64,000 bases of DNA from Lentisphaeria bacterium (GCA_041623325.1 JBFJXC010000001.1:1456-65455); one strand, 5' to 3'. Counted from the first letter of the stretch, positions 34,226 through 43,784 are shown. Made by a program: numbers and translations. The notes: a model not told the origin generated them from the letters alone.

Positions 34226-34653
34226 TAGGCCACCCCGGCTGTTAGCAAATTGAGGTAGCTGGCCAGCGTGTCAGCGGCATCGGCGTAGTCCCGGCTGATC
34301 CGCAGTTCGGCCAGTGCTGTCACCGGTGTACCCAGTGTGATTGAGGCGTCAACAATCAGCTGGTTAGGGCTGATGGTCAGCGTCGTGCTGGTGGTGGTCT
34401 CGGTGCCGGTGGCTTTGTCCACCACGATGATGTCTAGTACCACGTCGCCGGTGAGCGCGCCGGGGTTGCGGTAGGATATCACGGCCTTGGTGCCGCTCCT
34501 CACGTCGCCCGCGATGACCAGGCTGGCCTCGTCGTGGGGCAGCTCGGCATAGGCCTCGGAGTTGACCGCGTCCCAGCGGACGGGGCTGCGGAAACTGTCG
34601 GCGCTGTGCAGGCCGGAGGGGGTGGAACTACCGGGATTGCTTGAATGAATCAT
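34225..34653 (-). CDS. Hypothetical virion-module protein
   Basis: 142-codon ORF, coupled to the LamG gene. No motif recognised. Confidence 0.55.
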   Translation of the reverse strand: MIHSSNPGSSTPSGLHSADSFRSPVRWDAVNSEAYAELPHDEASLVIAGDVRSGTKAVISYRNPGALTGDVVLDIIVVDKATGTETTTSTTLTISPNQLIVDASITLGTPVTALAELRISRDYADAADTLASYLNLLTAGVA

Positions 34654-34656
34654 CGA

Positions 34657-34932
34657 TCAGCCCTTTCCGATGGCGACAACGGCGGAGCTGGAGGCGATGG
34701 CGTTGAGGCCCGCCAGGGGGATGGAATCCTTGTCGAAGGTGATCTGGCCACCCTCTTTTAAGCAGAAGCCCTTATTAAGCTCGGCGGCGTTGGCTTTGTG
34801 GCAGTACCAGACGTCGGGTCCGGAGACGTGGGTCAGCATCACGGTGCGCAGTTTGGAGTCGGCTGCAAGCAGCTCTCCTGAGCTAGTACCGACGCTGACC
34901 TGGGTCGGGGCGTAGGCGTTGAGGACGTGCAT
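34657..34932 (-). CDS. Hypothetical virion-module protein
   Basis: 91-codon ORF. Its stop lies 3 nt before the next start. Confidence 0.5.
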   Translation of the reverse strand: MHVLNAYAPTQVSVGTSSGELLAADSKLRTVMLTHVSGPDVWYCHKANAAELNKGFCLKEGGQITFDKDSIPLAGLNAIASSSAVVAIGKG

Positions 34933-34983
34933 CTTGTCAATGCTCCCGTTTGGCGGCGGGAGCTTCGGAGGCGTCCCGCCCGG

Positions 34984-37900
34984 TTAGTCGAACAGTTCCC
35001 GCTTGGCCCGGAGGCGGGAGCGGCTGAAGACCTTCTTGAGGATCTTCGCGTCCCGTTGGCCGGGGGAGTCGGGGTTCAGGCGACCGTCGCGGATCAGCTC
35101 GTCGACTTTCGCGCGCGCCAGCTGCCCGGCGCGGACGGTGTAGCGGTAGTGCTGATCCGCCGTCATCCATTGAGTCTTACCGGACACGGTGCGGCGGGGG
35201 GAGGGGACAGTCGGCCAGTACTGGTCGTTGGGATTGGCGCGGTTGTAGTTCCAGATCAGGCGGTCGGCGTCGGCCATGTCGCCGGGTTTGGCGGTGTAGA
35301 CGGGGGACACGAGCCGGAAGGCGATGTCGGTGGCATGGCTGCCGAAGTTCTCGCGCTTGTCGATGTCGCGGCCCCAGAGATCGACCTTGGGCAGAGGTCG
35401 GACCAACCCGGCCTTCTCCAGCACCTTACCCCCGAACTGATTCTGCCAGTAGGACAGGCCGCGCTCGTAGTTCCTGGACTCCCGGATCTTGTCGTCGAAA
35501 CCGCGCAACGAGGCGCGCACGGCGTTGGGAACCCAAGAGGCCAGGAAGTTGGTGGCCAGCCGCCCGCCGGTGTCCGGGTCCTCGGTGGCCCGGACGATGT
35601 CGCCGACGGTCTGCAGGAATGTTTTGTCGCGGACGTTCTGGACGGCGGAGTTCAGCATATCCTTGGCGATCTTCCCGCCCTCCTTGCCGTCCTTGGCGTC
35701 GCGGAACGCCTGGAGGGAGTCGACCATCATGGTCAGGGCTCCGGCCATGGGCTCGATGCGGTTGTACGAGAACCAGCGGTCGCCGATGCGGATCGAGGTG
35801 GGCGGCAGGTTCTGCATCTTGAAGGCATACTTGCCCCTTTCCTTGTAGCTGGGGCGGCTGCCGGTGATCCACGGCTCTTCGTCATCGTCGCCCATCAGGG
35901 AGTGCAGGGCCATGAGCGCCCCCCAGGCCAGCAGCTGCTCGGCGGCGTGGTGGACGGCGCGGTTGGCGTCGCCCTTGTAGTTTCCGGCGGCGGCGTTGTA
36001 GGCGAGGTTCGCGGCTCCCAGCGGCGACTTGCGGACGGTGGTCAGGATGATGTTTGCGGGGGTGGTCAGAAAGGGCAGGGCGTACTTGGCCACGGTCCCG
36101 AGCGGCCCGCCCGCATTCCGGGCGTTCAGCAGGTGCTGCACGAACTGGCCCGGCTTTGCCTGGAAGGTCAGCTCCAGGGCGCGGTTGGTGGCCCAGGCCA
36201 CGGCGTCGCCGTCCTGATCCCCCGCCAGTTCGGCCACGCGGTTCTCCAGCGCCTGGCCGGTCAGTCCCTCGGCCTTGGCCTGGCGGTAGGCGTAGGCGCT
36301 GGCCTCGATGGGCACGATCAGGCTCTTGGCGATCTCGTCGGCCCAGAGCAGGAGGCGACCGGGGGCGCGGATGATCCGGCCCGGCTTTCCGGCGATGGCC
36401 GCGGCGTTGCCGCCTTCCAGTTTCTGAGTGCCGCCGACCACGGGGCGCTCCAGCTCGAAGGCCAGGGCCCCGTTGCGGAACGCCTGGCGAACGTTGCCCT
36501 TCAGAGCCCCGGCCATGTGCCGGAACTCGCCGAAGCTGGCGGCCTCCTTGCGGCGGGCCAGCAGGTTGATGGACGCCTCGGTGAAGCGCTGGAGGGTGAG
36601 TTCGCCCACGGCGAAGACGGAGTTGCCCAGCATGTTGGCCGCGTGTGTGGTGGGCATGGAGAGCAGGACGTTGATCCACCACTCGTAGGCCTTGTCCCCC
36701 TTGGACGCCTTGGCCGCCTGGATCTCGCGCACGAGCGCGGCGGCTTTCTGCGGGGTGTCCACGTCGGCCTCGGTCAGGTTGTCCAGGTCGATGCCGCGTT
36801 TCTTCAGGCGGGCCTTGAGCTTGCGCAGCTGCCCGATCTTCCGGGGCAGGATCTTGTCGGCGTCGCCTGGCTTCATCCTGCCGGGATCCAGAAAGGCCCC
36901 GTTGATCAGGGCGCGGACCTGGTCGAGCCTGGACTTGAGCGGATCGAACCCGGCCCGCATGGCGCGGGCGATTGCCGAGCGTCCCGAGCGGTAGGCTTGG
37001 GCGGCGAGCATGGCGGTCTTCAACGCGTCGGCGTCCATGGTGCGGACCGCCTCGCTCCCCTTGCTCTCCAGCAGGCGCTTGGCCATGAGGGTGTTGACCG
37101 GATCGTCCATGGCCAGGCGACCCTCGGCCAGGTCCTGCCAGACACGATCCTCGTTGCCGGTCAGACGGGCGTCGGCCTCGGCCTCCCACTCGGCCACGGT
37201 CTGGCGGGCGGGCAGGCCGTTTTCAAGACGCAGCTGATCAACGGCGTCCATAAGCTTGCGGCCCTCTTTTGACTCGGCGGGGTTGGCCAGGTCGGGGCGT
37301 GCGGGTTCGAGGTCGGGCTTTTCCAGCAGGTTCACGAAGCGGGCCATCTGCTCGGGGGAGCGGAGGGATTGACGGGAGGCGTTTAAGGAGAAGCGCACGT
37401 CGGCGTCTTCCCGGTCGATGTCCGGACGAATATTGCGGCGGATTTCGGGAGAGAAGCCGCTGCGGACCTCCACGTTGCGGGCCTCGATCTCGCCGGCCAG
37501 GCGGCGATAGCGGCGCTCGGGGGTTCCGGCTGCCAGCTCGGCTTGAATCGCCTCCAGGCTCAGGCGGTCGAAGGCCCCCGCCGCGCCGGGGGCTGGCCTT
37601 CGACCGATCCGTTTCGGGAACAATTCGTCGATGATCCGGTAGCCCTGCAGGTCCGGCCTGCCCTGCTGCAGCTCGTGCAGCACCCTGGCATCGTTCAGGG
37701 CTTCGAGGGTGTAGTTGTGCTTGCGGAACATGGCCGGGCTGCCGCCTTTGGCGAAACCCTCGCGGCGCTGGATGGCGTGCTGCAGCTCGTGCAGGAGCAC
37801 GATCCGGGCCGTGTCTGGGGTAGGGGCGGACACCTGCAGGTCTGGCAGTGGGGCGCGGTCGTGGCCGTACACCCCTTTGAACGGCAGATGGCGGCCCACG

Positions 37901-40900
37901 CGGATCTCGGCTGGCACGCGCCCCAGTTCCGGGTAGGCCTTGAAGAGTTCGGGATGGTCGAGCAGATCGGCGAGTTTGCCGCGCAGGGTGAAGCGGGCCG
38001 TCTGCTCCCCCCGGAAGCGCTCGGCGCTGTCGCGGTCTGGGAAGACGCCCCGGTCCACGCCCTTGCGGCGCACGAAGAAGCGCCCGCTCTTTTCGGTTAT
38101 GGTCCAGTCCGGGGTCTTGAGCCTGGCCCGCGAATCGTCGATCTCGAAGCGCCAGATGCCGTCCAGCCCGCGAAACCAGCCGGTTTCTTTGCGGACGGCT
38201 TCGGAGTCGGCCCCGGCCTCTTCCATTGTCGTGGCGCGGGCCAAGGCGGGCGAGTCCATGGTTCGGGCTCGCTCGCCGGCCATGGAGAACCTTATCTGGC
38301 CGGTTTCGCGCATGGAGCGGTGCTTCAGGAGGGCGCTATCCATGACGATCACGTCCAGGAAGCCTTCGCGCATGGCCGTCAGGGGCTCGGCCACGGCCTG
38401 CACCCGATCGCGGAAGTCCGGGTCCGCCGCGTCGCCGACCACGCCCAGGACGGTTTTGGCCACTCCCGGCTGCGCCAGGGTTTCGGCGGCGATGGTGGCC
38501 GCGTCGAACTGGTCCATCGGGGAAGTCTGGACCGACACGACTCGCATGCGGTTGTCCAGTCCCAGCACGGTGTAGCTGGGCAGCAGCTCGCCTTCGGGGG
38601 TTTGCTGCAGGACGGTGCGGATGGTGCGAGTGGCGGTTTCGGGATCGATCACCATGGGGCTGGACAGGTGTGTATCCTGCCGCCCCGTGACCGGATCGAC
38701 CATGGTGTCGGTGTCGCCGCCGAATTCGCCCATGATCGAAATCGGCACGTTGTTGTCGCCGGGTTCCGGGATGTAGGAGTGTTTGCCGCCTTCGGCGAAC
38801 GAATAGGCCTGCCAGTTGCCGAGCACGATATGGTCCGCAAGGGCGTCCGGCCTGCCGATGTCCCGCATGGCTTTGCGCACCGCCTTGGTCGTGGCGATGT
38901 CGCCCTGCGAGGGGGTCGGGTCTCCGCCGGGGTGGTTGTGGACCAGCATGAAGCGGTCGGCCCCGGTGTGGCGCATGGCCTTGAAGAGCTGCTTGATGTC
39001 GAACGGGGAGCTGCTAACCGTGCCCATGGTCAGGACCACCACGCCGGTTTTGCCGACGGTGCCGTCTTTTGCGACCGGCACGAAGGTCAGGCGCTCCTGG
39101 GAGGGATTGTGCAGGTCGTGCAGCAGCTGGGCGGCCTCGGAGGGCGTGGAGAGCCTCAGTCCGCCGACCTTGAGGCTCCCGATCCGGGCGAGGTTCTCCC
39201 GGTATCGGGAGCGGACCGAGAAGTCGATTTTCTTCCGACGCGGTACTCGGCTGTTTCGTCCGGCTCCTGATCCAGACCGAGCCGGCATCCCTCGATAGGA
39301 TAGGTAAAGGGCTTCTTGCGGGCCTTGCTTTTCGGTTTCTTGCTCATGCCGGACTGTCGCACCGGTTTCTGCGGAAGTCAAGCTTTTCCGGCGGCTGAAG
39401 GGGACGTCGTCCGGTTCCGAATCTGCAAGCGGATTCGGTGAACTAGGGCGCAGGCTGGCGGCCTGGCGCTGTTGCTCCCAGTAGTCGGCCTCTTCGCGCT
39501 CCAGTTTGGCGGGGGAGTCGAGTCTGCCGTCGCCCTGGAGGATGCGGACCAGGTCTTCGGGATCGGCGTCCGGGCCGAGCAGGCTGGGTTCCTCGGCGGC
39601 GATCAGGGCGATGGCCTGATCGTAGGTGAGCCCGCTGCCGCGATAGTAGGGGGAGATGCCGGAAAGCTCCTCCATGTCCACCTTCACGCCGCCCTCTTCG
39701 CGGATCAGGGCGCGGGCGCGGGTGGTCGGGGTGCTGGTGTCCTGCTCCCACCGGGCCTGTCGGGCACGTTTTTCCCGGGATTTTTCGAGTTGCCGGTTTT
39801 GCTCGACGGCCTGCATCTGCCCGGCGGCGATCTCGGCGGCCCGGCTGCGGATCGCGTCCAAATCTTTTAGGAAGCCTGTGGCGTCGCGTTCCCCCTTGAG
39901 ACGGGTTTTGACCTGCTCGACGAAGCGCACGACCATGTCGGCCAGGCGGCGGGCAAGCGTTTGATCGCGTGCGGAGAGTTCGCGCCAGAAGTCGGCGTCG
40001 CCGAACAGGTCGCCCATCACGTCGCTGGCGAACTCCTCGTTGAGATCCGCGCCGGATTCGGCGTACTGGCTGGTGAGTCTGTCGATGTAGGCGCGGTACT
40101 TGTCGGAAAGCGTGTCGCTGGAGTCGGTCAGCAGCTTTACAAAGCTGTCGTGGGCGGCGCGGTCAGTGGTTTTCAGGTAGTGGCCGAACTCGTGTCCGAC
40201 GGTGACCAGGGCGGGGTCGCCGCCGGGGGCCGTGTTCAGGTAGATGACGCCGTCGACGATGGAGCCGTTGAAGAATCCGGCCTCGGCGCTGGCCGGGGTG
40301 ACGAAGACCGCCTCCAGCCCGAGGTACTTGGCGACCTTGGCGGCCAGCCTGGTCTCCCGGCTTTTGGGCTCGGCGATAAGATAGGAGCCCTCGGGCAGGG
40401 CCGTTTCCGGCGAGCGCTTGGAGTTGACCGCCTCCAGCAGGCCGGTGGCCTCGGTTTCGGTCTGCACGTAGTGGCGGGCGAATTCCTTGCTGGCTTTTTC
40501 GGCCTGCTGGGCCTGCTCGGCCTCGGCGATGCGGGGGGCGGGCTCGGAGGAGGGAGCCTCGGTTTCGGACCCGGACCGCGAGCGGTCCTGATGAGCCAGG
40601 GACTTCGCAGCCTCTGCGGTTACCGCCACATCGACGGAGCCCATACCGCCGCCCATCACGCCACCGACCAAGGCGGCGTCGAACACGCCGTCGAAGATGT
40701 TGCCGATCTTCTTTTCGTTGCCGGTGGTAATATCGAAAAGATTTTCGGTCAGTTGGGTCTGGGCCTCTTCGGTGGCCTCCACGCCGACGGCGGCCAGGAT
40801 CTTCTTCGCGCCATCGCGAAGCCCGAATTTCAGCAGCTCTTCGCCTCCTTTTGCGGCCAAGGCTTTCTCGATCAGGCCCTGGGTGCCCCAGCGCTCGAAC

Positions 40901-41652
40901 AGCACTTCGGCCAGACCCGTGCCGACAGCATTCAGTTTTTTGGCGGTATCGGACATGTCCGCATTGTCGGCCACTTCGTGGTATTTCTGGCCTGCCGAAG
41001 AGGCACCCATCATGCCAAGACCGGCCTGGGGGGCCCCCACCAGGGTCAGGCCGATTTGCCCGGCCAGTTGCGGCAGGTTCTCGAGCACGGAAAGGCCGAG
41101 CTTTTCCCCGGCCCCGATAAGATCCTTCTGCTTGAAACTGTCCAGGATGGTCCCCGGTTCGCGCTCCGGGGCTATTGCTTCGGCGTAGTCAAGCAGGTCG
41201 TCCGCAGCCTGGTCGAGCTGTTTCAGGCCAGGGACCTGCTTGGCCGACACTTTTAAGCTTGGGATATTCAGCGCTTCGGCGGCGAAATTCTGCGGGATGG
41301 CAGCCAGATCATAGACCAGGCCGGGAGCTTTCTCCAGTCCGCCTACCAGAGCCGCCGTGCCGGAGCCCAGAGCCTGCATGGACTTCCTGCCGCCTTCGGC
41401 GACGGCATCCTTGACGTCCCTGGCTTCCGGCACGGCCATGGTTCGATGCTCGCCGAACATGCCGTGTTCTCGGGCCAGCTCCAGGAGGGCGTCCGGCGAG
41501 TAGCCCTCGATCAGCCCGGCCTTGCCGGCGGCGTGCAGCTCCAGCATCCACCTGTTGCGGTAGGCCTGCTGCTGCTCGGGCGTGGCGTTGCGGTAGCGGT
41601 CGTGCGACTCGATCTCCGACCAGTCGGGGGGCAGCGTTGCGGTGTCGGGCAT
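34984..41652 (-). CDS. Giant polyvalent internal-virion-type protein (2,222 aa) with two HExxH zincin motifs and a RadC-like JAB/MPN motif
   Basis: Start placed at ATG 41652; the tracked ORF's first 226 codons overlap the upstream gene. HEFGH at 40180-40194, LVHNHPGGDPTPSQGD at 38899-38940, HELQH at 37777-37791. Confidence 0.85.
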   Translation of the reverse strand: MPDTATLPPDWSEIESHDRYRNATPEQQQAYRNRWMLELHAAGKAGLIEGYSPDALLELAREHGMFGEHRTMAVPEARDVKDAVAEGGRKSMQALGSGTAALVGGLEKAPGLVYDLAAIPQNFAAEALNIPSLKVSAKQVPGLKQLDQAADDLLDYAEAIAPEREPGTILDSFKQKDLIGAGEKLGLSVLENLPQLAGQIGLTLVGAPQAGLGMMGASSAGQKYHEVADNADMSDTAKKLNAVGTGLAEVLFERWGTQGLIEKALAAKGGEELLKFGLRDGAKKILAAVGVEATEEAQTQLTENLFDITTGNEKKIGNIFDGVFDAALVGGVMGGGMGSVDVAVTAEAAKSLAHQDRSRSGSETEAPSSEPAPRIAEAEQAQQAEKASKEFARHYVQTETEATGLLEAVNSKRSPETALPEGSYLIAEPKSRETRLAAKVAKYLGLEAVFVTPASAEAGFFNGSIVDGVIYLNTAPGGDPALVTVGHEFGHYLKTTDRAAHDSFVKLLTDSSDTLSDKYRAYIDRLTSQYAESGADLNEEFASDVMGDLFGDADFWRELSARDQTLARRLADMVVRFVEQVKTRLKGERDATGFLKDLDAIRSRAAEIAAGQMQAVEQNRQLEKSREKRARQARWEQDTSTPTTRARALIREEGGVKVDMEELSGISPYYRGSGLTYDQAIALIAAEEPSLLGPDADPEDLVRILQGDGRLDSPAKLEREEADYWEQQRQAASLRPSSPNPLADSEPDDVPFSRRKSLTSAETGATVRHEQETEKQGPQEALYLSYRGMPARSGSGAGRNSRVPRRKKIDFSVRSRYRENLARIGSLKVGGLRLSTPSEAAQLLHDLHNPSQERLTFVPVAKDGTVGKTGVVVLTMGTVSSSPFDIKQLFKAMRHTGADRFMLVHNHPGGDPTPSQGDIATTKAVRKAMRDIGRPDALADHIVLGNWQAYSFAEGGKHSYIPEPGDNNVPISIMGEFGGDTDTMVDPVTGRQDTHLSSPMVIDPETATRTIRTVLQQTPEGELLPSYTVLGLDNRMRVVSVQTSPMDQFDAATIAAETLAQPGVAKTVLGVVGDAADPDFRDRVQAVAEPLTAMREGFLDVIVMDSALLKHRSMRETGQIRFSMAGERARTMDSPALARATTMEEAGADSEAVRKETGWFRGLDGIWRFEIDDSRARLKTPDWTITEKSGRFFVRRKGVDRGVFPDRDSAERFRGEQTARFTLRGKLADLLDHPELFKAYPELGRVPAEIRVGRHLPFKGVYGHDRAPLPDLQVSAPTPDTARIVLLHELQHAIQRREGFAKGGSPAMFRKHNYTLEALNDARVLHELQQGRPDLQGYRIIDELFPKRIGRRPAPGAAGAFDRLSLEAIQAELAAGTPERRYRRLAGEIEARNVEVRSGFSPEIRRNIRPDIDREDADVRFSLNASRQSLRSPEQMARFVNLLEKPDLEPARPDLANPAESKEGRKLMDAVDQLRLENGLPARQTVAEWEAEADARLTGNEDRVWQDLAEGRLAMDDPVNTLMAKRLLESKGSEAVRTMDADALKTAMLAAQAYRSGRSAIARAMRAGFDPLKSRLDQVRALINGAFLDPGRMKPGDADKILPRKIGQLRKLKARLKKRGIDLDNLTEADVDTPQKAAALVREIQAAKASKGDKAYEWWINVLLSMPTTHAANMLGNSVFAVGELTLQRFTEASINLLARRKEAASFGEFRHMAGALKGNVRQAFRNGALAFELERPVVGGTQKLEGGNAAAIAGKPGRIIRAPGRLLLWADEIAKSLIVPIEASAYAYRQAKAEGLTGQALENRVAELAGDQDGDAVAWATNRALELTFQAKPGQFVQHLLNARNAGGPLGTVAKYALPFLTTPANIILTTVRKSPLGAANLAYNAAAGNYKGDANRAVHHAAEQLLAWGALMALHSLMGDDDEEPWITGSRPSYKERGKYAFKMQNLPPTSIRIGDRWFSYNRIEPMAGALTMMVDSLQAFRDAKDGKEGGKIAKDMLNSAVQNVRDKTFLQTVGDIVRATEDPDTGGRLATNFLASWVPNAVRASLRGFDDKIRESRNYERGLSYWQNQFGGKVLEKAGLVRPLPKVDLWGRDIDKRENFGSHATDIAFRLVSPVYTAKPGDMADADRLIWNYNRANPNDQYWPTVPSPRRTVSGKTQWMTADQHYRYTVRAGQLARAKVDELIRDGRLNPDSPGQRDAKILKKVFSRSRLRAKRELFD

Positions 41653-41657
41653 GGCGG

Positions 41658-42842
41658 TTATTTCCCGGGGTTGAAGAAGGAAGCGAGAGAGCGTTTCTGC
41701 GCGGGGTTCCCGGCGGGGGCCTTGTTGACGGCGACCGGCTTCATGACCACGTTGCCGGCGGCGTCGCGGGTCGGGATGTGGTAGCCGCCCACGCCGTCGG
41801 ACCGGATGGTCGGCGTCTTGGCGGCGGCCCGGACGGCGGCCCCGCCGTGCAGAGCGGCCAGAGTGGAGCTGAAGCGCTGCTGCAGGCGGTCCTCTTTGGC
41901 CATCTCGGCCACGTACTGGTCCAGGTAGTAGAGCTTGCCGTCCACCTCGAGCGTGATCTTGCGGGGGTCCGGGTCGGTCTGGGTGACCGTGATCGTCTCC
42001 CCCCAGTGGGTGGCGGAGAGCAGCAGGCCCAGCTCGTCCATGAGCCGCCGCTGCTTGTCCGGATCGCGCTCGGAGAGCAGTTTCTGGCCGCCCTGGCGCA
42101 GGGCGTGGAACTGCTGTTCGTCCTGTGTGGCGGAGGCGTAGATCTCCCCGGCGGTCTTCATGGCGGCGGAATAGCTGGGGACCAGCCCACCTCTGACGGC
42201 TTCTTCGGCGAAGTCGGCCTGGACCTTCCTGCCCAGATCGCGCTTGGCCTGCAGGAACTGGAAGCGCCCGGCCACCTCGGCGGCGTCGCTGGCGTAGGCG
42301 GCGTCGCGGACGCCGTCGAAGTTGTCCCACGAAAGTTCAATCTCGCTCTGGCGGTCATCGCTGACCAGGTACTCCCGGCCGTCGCGGCTTTCCACGCGGT
42401 AGCCGTGCTCGCGCATGTACTGGCGGGCGGTGTCCTGCTGGCCCCGCAGCCAGAGAACGGCGGCGGTGTCGGCGGCCACGCCGTCGGCCATGCCGTCCAT
42501 GAGAAAGGTTTTGTCGTTGTCGCCGACCCGAGCGAAGGCGTCGGGGCCGAGTGCGTTCTGCAAGGCGGCGTCAAGTTCGCCGCGTTTGATCCCCTGTGCG
42601 TGTTCCCTGGCTTCCTTCAAGCGGGACTGGTAGAGGGTGCGATCGCCAAGCTCGTCGGCTCGGGTGGCCTGAGCCAGGCGGAAGTCCAGCAGCTTGTCCT
42701 GCTTGGCCTCGCGGGCCTCCTGGCGCTTCTCTTGCTGGGTGTGCATGGGGGCCAGCAGAACGCGGGCGGCGCGGGGGCCGTTGTCGGCCAGCCCCTCCAT
42801 GAACATCCGGGCGAACCCGGCCTTCTTCTGTTCGTCAGGCAT
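41658..42842 (-). CDS. Hypothetical internal-virion-type protein (394 aa)
   Basis: Long ORF with phage codon bias, helical/charged composition, located between other virion-module genes. Confidence 0.6.
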   Translation of the reverse strand: MPDEQKKAGFARMFMEGLADNGPRAARVLLAPMHTQQEKRQEAREAKQDKLLDFRLAQATRADELGDRTLYQSRLKEAREHAQGIKRGELDAALQNALGPDAFARVGDNDKTFLMDGMADGVAADTAAVLWLRGQQDTARQYMREHGYRVESRDGREYLVSDDRQSEIELSWDNFDGVRDAAYASDAAEVAGRFQFLQAKRDLGRKVQADFAEEAVRGGLVPSYSAAMKTAGEIYASATQDEQQFHALRQGGQKLLSERDPDKQRRLMDELGLLLSATHWGETITVTQTDPDPRKITLEVDGKLYYLDQYVAEMAKEDRLQQRFSSTLAALHGGAAVRAAAKTPTIRSDGVGGYHIPTRDAAGNVVMKPVAVNKAPAGNPAQKRSLASFFNPGK

Positions 42843-43317
42843 GGAACGATTCCTCCAGGTAGTCGGCGAAGGTCCGGAAGCTTTGGGGCTGCGCGGGGCC
42901 GGGGCTGGCGGCGGGCCCCTGCCCCGGGTAGGAGTCTGGGGAGGCGGGCGCGGGCTCGTCCATCTTGCCCAGGCGCTTGCCGCTGGAGCCGTCTGTCAGA
43001 AATGATGCCAGCTGGTAGCCGATCTTGCCGCCCCGGGTCTGGCCGGGCTGCAGTTTGCCGGCCACGGCCTCGACGGCCTGGCCGGGGCCGCTGTTCTGGA
43101 CGGCCTGTTTGGCGTAGTTCGCGATGGTCTGCCCGAAGCCGGTGGGCGCGGCTGCGGCGGGCGAGCCTCCGGTCTGGCCTGCTGCCTTGGCAGCCTTGCC
43201 CCCCGCCTGGCCTGCTGCCTTGGCAGCCTTGGCGACCGCCCCGGCAGCCTTGGCCACTTTCGACGCTTCGGCGGCTTTCTTGATCGCCCCGGCGACTTTG
43301 ACGAGGGCTGCAATCAT
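42835..43317 (-). CDS. Ala/Lys/Gly-rich hypothetical protein (160 aa)
   Basis: Low-complexity N-terminus (AAKAAG repeats). 8-nt overlap with the next gene. Confidence 0.5.
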   Translation of the reverse strand: MIAALVKVAGAIKKAAEASKVAKAAGAVAKAAKAAGQAGGKAAKAAGQTGGSPAAAAPTGFGQTIANYAKQAVQNSGPGQAVEAVAGKLQPGQTRGGKIGYQLASFLTDGSSGKRLGKMDEPAPASPDSYPGQGPAASPGPAQPQSFRTFADYLEESFHA

Positions 43318-43784
43318 TCTGCTATCTCCTTCTCGTATTTTATGCAGGGCACGCGGCCCCGCTGGCGGTCGGCGAAGACCGCGCCGGGGTCGATCCCGCA
43401 GTCGCGGGCGCCGCAGCGCCGGGCGAAGAGCCGGGCGGGCCGGTTGGTTTCGGGGATGTAGCCGACGATGCGCCGGCAGCCGGTGACGCGGGCGATGACC
43501 GCCTCCAGTTCGGCGGCGGCCTCCGGGGCGCGGGCGTGGCGCTCGAAGGCCACATGCACCACAAAGGCGTCGCCGTCGGCCTGCCCGTAGGCGACCCCGG
43601 CCACCCGGCCCCCTTCGAGCGCCGCGAAGGCCCGCAGGTGGCCCGCCCGCAGCCGGTCCACCAGATCCAGCAGGCCCATGAACGAGCCGCGCCCGCCGTC
43701 CAGCCTGGGCAGGACATGGTCCATCAGCAGGAAGTCGGTCAGGCAGCGGATGCTCTCCCGGTCGTGCCCGAGCACGGCGACCAT
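43314..43784 (-). CDS. GNAT-like N-acetyltransferase (weak call)
   Basis: FVVHVAFERHARAPEAAAELEAVIARVTGCRRIVGYIPETNRPARLFARRCGAR resembles the GNAT beta4-alpha3/alpha4 region, including the conserved Asn. The canonical Q/RxxGxG/A motif is not clear. Confidence 0.45.
   Translation of the reverse strand: MVAVLGHDRESIRCLTDFLLMDHVLPRLDGGRGSFMGLLDLVDRLRAGHLRAFAALEGGRVAGVAYGQADGDAFVVHVAFERHARAPEAAAELEAVIARVTGCRRIVGYIPETNRPARLFARRCGARDCGIDPGAVFADRQRGRVPCIKYEKEIAE

Noticed and set aside
34984-41652. Giant protein as an N4-type virion RNA polymerase, or as a tape measure protein.
   Set aside because: I could not find single-subunit RNAP motifs (TxxGR, RxxxKxxxxxxxYG, paired catalytic Asp motifs) or a crAss-like DxDxD. 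The element has no tail tube, sheath or chaperone frameshift genes that would go with a tape measure. The recognisable motifs are peptidase and JAB type.
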